DNA of 64,000 nt from Heterodontus francisci. Its lineage: Eukaryota. Every line of letters starts with the position of its first letter. Position 1 is the stretch's first letter. Location: the NCBI RefSeq assembly GCF_036365525.1, contig NC_090379.1:55677805-55741804 (forward strand), read 5' to 3'. Under the pieces are notes generated by a model. The model saw only the letters and a program-made list of their open reading frames with translations, had not been told where the DNA came from and ran no database searches. Position numbers and translations under genes: made by a program. Of this stretch, positions 26,061 to 36,589 are shown one piece after another.

Positions 26061-27711
26061 CAGGGAGGCATCACTGAACTGGGGGGGGGGGGGGAGGGGG
26101 CGCTGGTCTCTGTTTTCAGACATGGGGAGGTGGGTGGCGGAAAACACACAAAATAATTATAAGGGAGGTAGTAATTATAAGATGATGTATGAGATGATTG
26201 AGCGTGGGTAAGGGTAAATAACAGCTTATGAAAATGAATAATTTGTCTTCTGTGCTGCAGAGCCTCCCTGTTTGTGTTGAAGGCTCTTTTATAGCCCGTG
26301 CGTACCTGATGCAGTGTTGACCGATGGCGGGTTACACCGCCGTTCTCTGCACCGAGATCATACATGTCTCCTGTGCCTGCACCGTCCCTTTAAATTTCAA
26401 TAGTAATCGCGTGGGAACCGGCAAAAAGGAAGAGAGTGGTAGTGCTGCCCACTTCCAGTTCCGCTGTCAGGAATGGTGCGCCAAGGATAAAACACCGCCC
26501 TTTTCACCCCAGGATCGAACCCAGTTCAGGATGATGAGATGAAAGTCTTGTCTAGTTTACACAGGACCACAAAATTGCTCCCGAAATAGCAATCTCACAC
26601 AGAAGGTATAAAAAACTGAAACCTCTTATTGCTACAGCAGAGAGGGCCTTTATTAGTTTGGAGTTAGCACACATTATTGGGCCAACAATGTCACCAACTT
26701 GCATTAAATAGCACCTTTGGCTCAGTGGAAGATTAAGTAAATTCATAGATACAGAGAAATAAGCACCTGCGAATTTGAAGTTGATTCAACCCATCCTGCC
26801 ATTTCTATAATCTAGGTTACTGGTTTATGGACACTCCACACTCTTCTCCACTCTCTGTTTCCATATCCAGACTTCACTGCTTCATTGGAGTACCACAGAT
26901 CGGAAACTCCTTTAGCTGCTGTTGGCGCCTTCTCTGAAGGTTCTCATCAGAGCATGCTCTTGTATTTTTATGCTCCACTATGTACCTGATACTTAAAAAT
27001 CTCTAAATTATTTCTTTGCCTGAAATGAACAGTACTTTCTCCACTCCTTAAAAATGCACCTCATTTAGCTAAACCTAGAAAACGTAGATATGTTAAGAGC
27101 AGAGACCTAGAGACCTTCCCCACCCCACCAAATGTGAGTATATAAGTATTTGGCGGAATGTAACCTGTTGAAACCATGCAGCTTGCCACCACAGAACACT
27201 AATTAGCTTCCAGAAAATGAGGAAAAACTGCAAATGCTTTAAAATTGAGATAAAAATTTGTAAGCTCCCTTTAAATATTTTGGGGATGAAGACTGCTTGC
27301 TTACTGTCTCCAGTCCAAAATTAGTTCACTTTATACAAAGTTACAAAGGATTTACAGCACAGATATAGGCCATTCAGCCGAACAAGTCTATGCTGGTGTT
27401 TATGCTTCATAAAGGCCTCCTCCCACCATTCTCCCTTCTTTAGCTGACCACATCAACATATCCTTCTATTTCTTTTTTCCTCGTGTGTTTATCTAGCTTC
27501 CCCTTAAACACATCTATACTAGTTGTATCAACTACTCCTTGTAGTGAGTTCCACATTCTACTCAACTTCTGGGTAAAAACATTTCTTCTGAACTCCCTAC
27601 TGATTTATTAATAACCATCTCATATATTTATGGCTTCTGGTCTTGCCCACAAGTGCAAACATCCTCTCTATGTCCACCCAATGAAACCCCTTCATAATCT
27701 TTAAAGACCTC

Positions 27712-28506
27712 TGTTACAACCAGGTGAAAAAGGGGTCTAAGGATTCCCTCTCAGTCTTTGCCTGGCTTGACCGTAACAGGGTTTAATTTTTAAAACACTG
27801 TTTTTAGCTCCCCCGCAATGAATCATTGTTCACTGCTCTCCAACTGTAAGGCAAAGAAATCAACCAGACATGTTTTCTTAGATTTAAACAAGAAAGGTGG
27901 AAGTTTATTAACCTTAAAACTCTAATTCGGTTAAAACGACTACGATTATGCCCAGTGGACACTTTCAAACTTGTTTTGATGTAGCAGTCTTCTCTCTTGA
28001 GGTTTAAGTGTCTTCAGTGGATCTGGAAATTAATGAGAGAGAGAGAGCCAGACAGGAGAGAGGCTCTTTCTTCAAATTCAGTTGCAGTCTGACCCAAACT
28101 GTTCTGTGAGTAGTTCAAAACCAAACCTGGGCCAGCAGGTTAGTCATGTGACTAGTTTTTTAAAAAACAAACTCCCCTGTGTTTTTGTGGATTCCTTTCA
28201 TCTTAGTAGACACCCTCAAGGGTGGCGTGGCGGGGCGGGGCGGGGGGTGGGGGGGGGAGGGGGGGTGGTGGCGAAATGGAATGCTGGCTTGTTCCACAGT
28301 CTAATGATCAAAATCCATTTGGGTTAATTGGATCAGGGAGCCGTTCTATTGTCTCTCCAGGCAACTGTCTCTTAGTATGCAAATTTTTCCAGCCACTGCT
28401 GATCTCTCTAAACAATTCATATTTTCAGTCCAGCAACAGTTTAAAATTAATGTTTCATATGACAAAATTAATATGCTCATTCTTGACAGGTGGGGTCTTC
28501 ATGGCA
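27712..28506. mobile_element. Solo LTR (~795 bp)
   Basis: TGTTA...GGCA termini; TSD cctc/ccgc. Confidence 0.7.
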
Positions 28507-28746
28507 CCGCTGTCATATCACCCCTCAATCTTCTCTTTTCTAAAGAAAAGATCCCCAGCCTGTTCAATCTTTTCTGATAGGTACAACCTCTCAGTTCTGG
28601 TACCATTCTCGTAAATCTTTTTTGCACCTTCTCTACTACCTCTATATCCTTGTTAAAATATGGAAACCAGAACTGTTCATAGTCCTCGAAGTATGCTCTC
28701 ACCAAGGTTCTATACAAGTTTTACATAGCTTCCTGCTTTTCAATTC

Positions 28747-29842
28747 TGTCATGCTCATGGAAGGAGCAGTGATGGAAAATAAAATAAACTGGAGGAATTA
28801 TGAAACAAAAGTCAACTGTTTGAACTGAACCACAAGAAAATAGACACATTTAGGCTACAGACAAGATGGATGAGAGGTCAGGTATTGTCAATAAACAAGC
28901 TTATCTGCAAAGACGAAACTCATTAACTGTGCCTGAATTAGCTTTGGTGAAAACACCTTGAAATGGAAAGAAGCCTATTTCATGTTAATGACTCCTATCT
29001 ACAGGAATGGGACTAACAAAGGCTCTGTAGACAGACTGACTCCATAGCCCAAACCAAGATGAATAGTTGTGAAGTAGCACCATTGTAGTAGGACAGTCCC
29101 TGTCCAGTCACCAGTGCATAGCAATGGTTTCCATATCCTGGATCATTGTATGTTCAGAGCAGGGGAGGGGGCCCTTTGTTACCTGACAGACACTCAAACA
29201 TGATGAGTTTTTACCTTAAAAGGTAGCTGTCTGGAGAGAAAGGGCACATCAACCAAAGACCACAGAAAGCCAGTTCCAGCCAGAGGCTGTGAGATATGGT
29301 CCAGCTAAGCAGAAGAACCCTGCTGAATAACAACTTGGACAACCATTGCAGCAGAGAAATTGCAAGCTGACTTTGAGATTCTCCGTCTGTGAAAGTTAAC
29401 CAGATTCACACCACTAACTTTGGGCTGAGATTTAACCACAGAATACTGCAACATTTCAGCCACTCCAAGACAAGAACATTCAGGCCTGCAACACTGTTAT
29501 AAAATCCCCGCACCCCCCGCCCCCCCCCACCTCGAAAGAAACTGAAGGTTTTTCAAGCAACGGACTCTTGTATGGTAATTTGGACTTTAATTGCATCCTA
29601 CCCTCTTCTCTCTATCTATTCTTGTGGGTGCATGTGTGTGTGAATGCGTGTGTGGGTGTGGTTGCGACCATTTTGGGACTTGTTTAAAAAGTTTTTTTTT
29701 AACCTACAATAAAACCTGTCATTTTATTTGACTCTAAAAACACTTGGGGACTAATGCACCATTTTTAACAAAACACAATCTGCAGTCAGTTGGGAGGTAA
29801 AAAGGGGAAGCCATCCACACCACTTACCATCTATCCCTAATA
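28747..29842. mobile_element. Solo LTR (~1.1 kb)
   Basis: TGTCA...TAATA (decayed TAACA); TSD attc/atgc; internal AATAAA near 29708. Confidence 0.6.
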
Positions 29843-30127
29843 ATGCGATCCCCTAGAAATTAACCCCAGTGCTTTGTTTTTCTTATTGCTTTATTAACCC
29901 GGTGTCATTACTTTCAGTGAATTATATCTGTACCTCTAGATCTCTTTGTTCCACTACCCTATTTAGACACTTATTTTCCAAGGTGTATGTGGACTCCTTA
30001 TTCTTCCTAACAAAATGTACCACCTTATTTATATTGAGGTTTATTTGCCAATTTAAAATTCTGCAGGATTACTAATGTTTTCCTATATTTTATTGCAGTC
30101 TTCCTCTGTTTTAACTACATGCTACAT

Positions 30128-32267
30128 GCTTGGGACTGGCTCTGGGGGAAGATGGGGCCTGTACTGGCTGGATGGGTTGCACCTAAATAGAGCCGGGACT
30201 GAGTTTCTTGCAGCGCGATTTGCTAGTGCTATTGGGGAGGGTTTAAACTAACTTGGCAGGGATGTGGGAACCAGGAGGAAATATCAGAGAGGAATACCAA
30301 GGTGCACAGAATATTGAGAGAGATAGATAGTGCTAGAGTAGGGAATAGTAAGTTATGAGGTGAGATCAGAGTAAGGGAGAAAGTAATAAAGTCTAAAGCA
30401 GGGTTAATGCGCATGTATATGAATGCACAGAGTGTTGCTGATAAGACTGGTGAGTTACAGGCGCAGACTGACATGTGGAAATATGAAGTTGTGGCGAAAA
30501 CAGAGACCTGGCTCAAAGAAGGCAGGACTAGGTGTTAAATATTCCTGGATACAAGGTGTTCAGGAAAGATAAGAAAGGGAAAGAAGGGGAAGGGATGGCA
30601 GTATTGATTAAGGAGAGCATTGCAGTGCTGGAGAAAAAGGGTGTCCTAGAGGACAGAATCAATTTGACTAGAGCTAAGAAACAAAAAATGTGCAGTTACA
30701 TTGCTCGGTCTGGTCTATAGGCCACCAACTAGAGGGAAGGATGTGGAGGAACAAATTTGCAAGGAAATTACAGAGAGGTGCAAAAATTATAGGGTAGTGA
30801 AAATGGGAGACATTAATTATCCAAACATAGACTGGGATAGTAGTAGTGTAGAGGGCAGTTAGGGGCAAGAGTTCATAGAGTGTGTTTAGGAAAATTTTCT
30901 ACAGCAGTATGTTTCTACTCCAACGGGAAAGGAGGCACTGCTAGACATGGTTCTTGGGAATGAAGTGGGTCAAGTGGATCAAGTATCAGTAGGAGATCAT
31001 TTAGGGGACAGTGATCATTGTATCACAAGGTTTAGCCTGACTATGGAAAAGGTCAAAGAACAATCCAAGTAAGGATAATTAAATGGGGTAAGAACGGAGC
31101 TGGGGAAAATAAATTGGAGTCAAAGGTTGGCAGGAAAAATGGTAGCTGAACAATGGGCTACCTTCAAAGGTACAGCCAAGGTATGTTGCCTCGAAGGTGA
31201 AAGGTAGGGTAAACAAATCCAGAGCTCCGTGGATGGCAAAAGAGGTAAAGATTAAGATAAAGGAGAAAAAGTGTGCTTATGACAGATGACAAGCAGAAAA
31301 TACTATTGAGAACCAGGCTGAATATAGAAGGTCAAAAGGGGAAGTGAAAAAGCAAATAAGAGAAGCAAAGAGAGAACATGAAAAGAGACTGGCAGCTAAC
31401 ATTAAAGGGAATCCCAACTTTTTCTACAGACATATAAATAGTAAAAGGGTGGTAAAAAGAAGAGAGGGGCCATTAAAGACCAGAAAAGGGATTTATGCAT
31501 TGAGACAGAGAGCATAGCTGAGGTATTAAATGAATACTTTGCTTCTGTCTTTACCAAGGGAAAAGATGCAACCCAGGCAATGGTGAAAGAGGAGTTAATT
31601 CAGACACAAGAAGGGTTTAAAATTGATAAGGAGGACATATTAGATAGGCTGTCCGTACTTAAAGTGGATAAATTACCAGGACCGGATGAGATGCATCCAA
31701 TGATACTGAGGGAACTGAGGGTGGAAATTGTGGAGGCACTGGCCATAATTTTTCAGACCTCATTACATTCGGGGGTAGTGCCAGAGGACTGGAAAATTGC
31801 AAACATTACACCCTTGTTCACAAAATGATGTAAAGATAAGCTGACAGGCTAGTCAGTTTAACTTTGGTGGTGGGGGAACTTCTAGAAAGAATAATTCGGG
31901 ACTTCTTAACTCGGAACTTAAGCAAGGAGTCAGGAGGGCTAAAAGGGATCATGAAAAGTCATTGGCAAACAGGATTAAGGATAATCCCAAGGCTTTTTAT
32001 ACATATATAAAGAGCAAGAGGGTAACTAGGGAAAGGGTTGGTCTGCTCAAGGACAGAGAAGGGAATCTATGTGTGGAGCCTGAGGAAATGGGCGAGGTAC
32101 TAAATGAGTACTTTGCATCAGTATTCACCAAAGAGAAGGACTTGGTGGATGATGAGCCTAGGGAAGGGAGTGTAGATAGTCTCAGTCATCTCATTATCAA
32201 AAAGGAGGAGGTGTTGGGTGTCTTGCAAAGCATTAAGGTAGATAAGTCCCCAGGGCCTGATGAGATG
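30128..32267 (+). mobile_element. CR1 LINE ORF1-end/ORF2 fragments (two joined subfamilies)
   Basis: DGLHLN (ORF1 esterase-like); NIPGYKVFRKD; VDKLPGPDEMHP; second piece IKDNPKAFY..VDKSPGPD from ~31905. Confidence 0.85.
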
Positions 32268-32769
32268 TGAAGTGTTTCCGAACTTCATTCTTGAAAAGCC
32301 TGGCTCTAATTTTTAGACTATGCCCCCAGTCCTACATTCCCCAACCAGCGGAAATAGTTTCTATCTACCTTATCAGTTCCCCTTAATATCTTGAAAACTT
32401 TGATCAAACCACCCCTTAACATGGGATGGAAACCTTTTGCTCCTGGGGATTGTCATTCTTTAGTGACATTATTTTCTTCATTGCTGTTATTTTGTTTACA
32501 TTATTAGTTTCCTTGGCATGTCCAGCATGCTATCCTCTTCCTCTATTATCAATACAGACGCAAAGTAATTATTCAACATGCCCAGCATTTCCCTATTTTC
32601 ATTAACAATATCACCAGTCAGTTTTCAAAGGGCCCACATTGTTCCTGACCACCCTCCTTTTCCTAATATAATTGTTAAAAAATTGTGTTGACTTTGCAAG
32701 TTTTTTTTCATACTTCCTTTTTCTAACTTCAAAAAATTCCACAGGGCTGGTAAAGCATGACCTTCCCTT

Positions 32770-34832
32770 TTGGAATAAAAATGGAAAATGCTGGAAATAC
32801 TCAGCAAGTCAGGCTGCATCTGTAGAGAGAGAAACAGAGTTAATGTTTCTGGTTGATGACCCTTCATCAGAACTGGGAAAAGTTAGAAATGTATTAAGTT
32901 TTAAGCAAATGAAAAGGTTGGAAAAAGAACAAAAGGGAAGGTCTGTGATAAGGTGGAAGACAGGAGAGATTAAATGACAAAAGGGTTGGTGCTGCAAGGC
33001 CAAAGGGAGAGGTACTGGGTCAAGAAACAAATGATGCGCCTAGAGGAGATGTGAGTGGCAGTAGGATGAACAGCTGCTGCCCGATGGCAAAGGAAGAGAA
33101 AAACAAAGCCAATGAAATCAAATTCAAATCAAAATCAAATCCAAAGAAAAAGGAAATAAAATGGGGGCAAAATGACTATTTCCTGCTCTTGCCCTGAACT
33201 GGAAAACTTCCAAATTCCACTCTTCTCTCACTTTCAAATGGTCCATCTCCAACATTGCTCTTCCCTTCCTCGATTTCTCTGTCTCTGTTTCTGGGGATAG
33301 GCTATGAACGAATATTCACTATAAGCCCACTGACTCCCACAGCCACCTTGACTACACTTCCACACACTCCGCTTCCTGTAAGGACTCCATTCCATTCTCC
33401 CAGTTTTTCTGTCTCCGTCGCATCTGTTCTTATGATAAAACCTTTCATACCAGCACTTCTGATATGTCTTCCTTTCTTCTCAATCAAGGATTCATTCCGC
33501 CTCCCCCACCCCCCACAGTGGTTGACAGGGCCCTTGACCATGTTCATTCTATTTCCCACATCTGCTCTCACCCCCTTCCCCTCCCTCTCAGAACCATTTC
33601 CCTTGTCCTCACCTTCCACCCCATCAGCCTCTTTATTCAACGGATCATTCTCTGCCAATTCTGCCATCTCCAGCATGGTGCCATCACCAAACACATCTTC
33701 TCCCCTTTAAGTATTCCGGAGGGACTGTTCCCTCCGTGGCACCCTGACCCAGTCCTCAATCACCCTCAACACCCCCTCCCTTTCCACGGCACCTTTCTAT
33801 GCAAACACAGGATATGCAATAGCTGCCCTTCTATCTCCTCCCTCCTCACCGTTCAAGTCCCAATAATTCCTTCCAGGTGAAACAGCGATTTACATTGCTT
33901 CTTTCACTTTAGTATACTGTATACGGTGTTCACAATGTGATGTGCTCTACAGTGGGGAGACAAAACGCAGATTGGGTGACTGCTTTTAGGAAAACCTATG
34001 TTCAGTCTGCAAGCCTGACCCCGAGCTTCTAGTTCCCTGTCATTTTAATTCTCCACCTTACTCCAGCGCTGACCTCCGTCCTCGGCCTTCTGTAGTGTTC
34101 TGTTGCAGTTCAACGCAAGCTGGAGGAATAGCACCTCATCTTTTGATTAGGCACTTCCAGACTCCACACTGAGTTCAACAATTTCAGGCCGTAACTTCTG
34201 CCCCCATGTTATTTCCATTTTCTTTGCAGGTTTTGGTTTTACTGTCTTTTTTGTTGCTTTCAGGTGGCAGCTGTTCATCCTTCTGCCATTCATGCCTCTT
34301 TGAAACGCATCTTTTGTCTCTTTACTTGTCCAATTACCGCTGTCTTTCAACACACCATTAACATATTGTTTGCCTTTGCTCCATGACCGTTTGGTCAGCT
34401 ATGTGGCCTGGTCCAATCTACACCTTCTCCTTTGTTATCTCTTGCCCCACCCCCACCTCACTTGCTTATAACCTGTGACTTTTCTAATATTTGTCAGTTC
34501 CGAAGAAGGGTCACTGACCCGAAACGTTAACTCTGCTTCTCTTTTCACAGATGCTGCCAGACCTGCTGAGTGGTTCCAGCATTTCTTGTTTTTATACCGT
34601 TGTCTTTGGCCTAGCACTACAACCCCTTTTGCCATTTAATCTCTCCTGTTTTACACCTACCACATACCTTCCCTTCTGTTCTCCCACCCTCCTCTCTTTC
34701 ACTTGCTTAAAACCTATTATTACATTTCTAACTTTTCCCAGTTCAGATGAAAGGTTACAGACCTGATACGTTTAACTTTGTTTCTCTCTCCACAGATGCT
34801 GCTTGACCTGCTGAGTATTTCCAACATTTTCT
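32770..34832 (+). mobile_element. Penelope-like retroelement (RT C-terminus, GIY-YIG endonuclease, pseudo-LTRs)
   Basis: LPFLDFSVSVSGDRL..YKPTDSH; LVYCIRCSQCDVLYSGETKRRLGDCF; direct terminal repeats at the 3' end and an inverted copy at 32770-33150. Confidence 0.8.
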
Positions 34833-35162
34833 GTCCCCAAAATGCTCCAAATAAAGGGTTAAATCACAATTTTCTAGATTGTTGCCTTCAGAATCCCCTC
34901 TGGCCCAGTGCCTTTCGCACTCACATCCCTTTCATGGACGCATGTACAGTGGTTTCCTCAGGCAACTCTGGCCTAACCCTCACCAGGTAAGGTTCACGAT
35001 GTAGAACGATAGTTCTGATGAGAGATCATCGATCTGAAACGTTAACTATGTTTCTCTCTCTACAGATGCTGTAAGACCTGCTGAGTATTTCCAGCATTTA
35101 CTGTTTTTACCTCAGATTTCCAGCATCCGCAGTATTGTATTTTTATGGAACAATAATCATTG

Positions 35163-35170
35163 TGACGTCA
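35163..35170. promoter_or_regulatory. Perfect CRE (TGACGTCA) in PSMC6 promoter
   Basis: Palindrome ~210 bp upstream of the PSMC6 ATG. Confidence 0.5.
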
Positions 35171-35376
35171 TTGTTCTTCACTCTCAGTTTGTGGAAACAA
35201 GGTGCACGCGCTGAGCCACACAACACATAATACCACCTCCCGCCACTAGTTGCTGTAGCTGGTGGAGGTACAAGATTTTCCCCAGTCGGTGTCTACTCCT
35301 GCTCCAACAGAGACTCGTTGTCAAATGCGATTGGGAGTCTCATCCTGTCTGGCATCGCTTGGTCCTGAGCAACAAC

Positions 35377-35461
35377 ATGGCGGATCCGAGGGAGAAAGCG
35401 CTTCAGGATTACCGGAAGAAATTACTGGAGCACAAAGAGATTGACGGCCGCTTGAAAGAGT
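35377..35461 (+). CDS. PSMC6: 26S proteasome AAA-ATPase Rpt4 (subunit 10B), exon 1
   Basis: [28 protein letters not shown]; Kozak AACATGG; GT donor at 35462. Confidence 0.97.
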
Positions 35462-35749
35462 GTGCGTTTCCCATATTTTACTCAACTGCAGTGGGTTGTG
35501 ACGTGTTGTGCGTTCCATGTTGTGCGAACGAGCACTATCGGTGCCAGCTCCAACTCGCTTTGTCATGCATTGAGTAGGATGAAGCCGGGGCCGAGCGAAT
35601 CGCAGCTTTCAGCAGCGGACCGGGCCTTATGCAGTTCCGACTCCTCGGGACTTTAGTTCGATTCATTTTCTAAAGTGCAGAAGTAAAATGTGGGAAATTT
35701 AATGCGGGATTCAGATGTGAAGTGATCCGGTGTCTGCTCTGGGCTCCTG

Positions 35750-36120
35750 TGGCAAAGAGTTGATCACAATTAGCCACCTGGACTAATGATCTGGAGCCAG
35801 AAGTTCCAATCCCACTGACAGCTGGAGACTTTAAATTCAGTTAATTAAATAAATCTAGAATTAAAAATCCTCTATCAGTGATGGTGACCATGAAACTGTC
35901 AGCTTATTGTAAAAACTCATCTGGTTCACTAATGTCCTTTGGGGAAGAAAATCTGCTGTTCTTAATTGGTCTGGCTATCTGTGACTCCAGACCTAAAGCA
36001 ATGTGGTTGACTCTTAACTACCCTCTGAAATGGTCCAGCAAGCCACTCAGTTGTATAGGGATGGGCAATAGGTGCTGGCCTTGCCAGTGATGCAAACATC
36101 CCTTAACGAATTTTTTAAAA
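35750..36120 (+). mobile_element. SINE sharing its 3' tail with the 40745-42950 LINE
   Basis: tRNA-like head (gttccaatccc B-box-like) and tail gggatgggcaata..tgctggccttgccagtgatg. Confidence 0.55.
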
Positions 36121-36589
36121 ACCTGATTTCTTAACTAATTGGGTAGATATTGAGTTGTGTTAATGACTTATTTTCCGTGAATAAACAGTGAACGCAGAAG
36201 CTCCATCTTACACATTAATTCATATCCTATGTTTTAAGATTCTATTTGGTCCATTCAGCCTGTGCCGACTCTTTGAAAGCTATTCAAGTAGTCCTAATCA
36301 CTCGTTTTTGCAGAATTCAAGTATAGGGTATTCTTGCTGCATTTGTAGTTTTGAATGCAATGTTCTACTTTTATTCATATTTTACTCGATTTTGCAATGT
36401 TGCTTTAACTGTGTGACATATTAGACTGTTTTAAATGGAGGGATGGCAGGATCTTTACATTTTTTATGTTATTAAATTGTCCATTACTTGAAAGTGAGAA
36501 AATATCTATAATGAAATAAAATATAAAATTTAAATATTTGGTCCAATAATTCTGTATACTAGCCAGAACCTAAATTGTAGTGCCAGTGT

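Larger units (their letters stand above)
20985..26510. mobile_element. Decayed PIF/Harbinger DNA transposon (termini tentative)
   Basis: Convergent DDE transposase (+) and Myb/SANT (-) remnants; possible short TIR ggggtgagaa / ttttcacccc. Confidence 0.75.
27340..30120 (-). mobile_element. CR1 LINE 3' part interrupted by two solo LTRs
   Basis: MYRTLVRAYFEDYEQFWFPYFNKDIEVVEKVQKRFTRM; sequence resumes across both insertions. Confidence 0.75.

Noticed and set aside
35359-35376. N-terminal extension of PSMC6
   Set aside because: The track start is a TTG; the conserved ATG with strong Kozak context is at 35377
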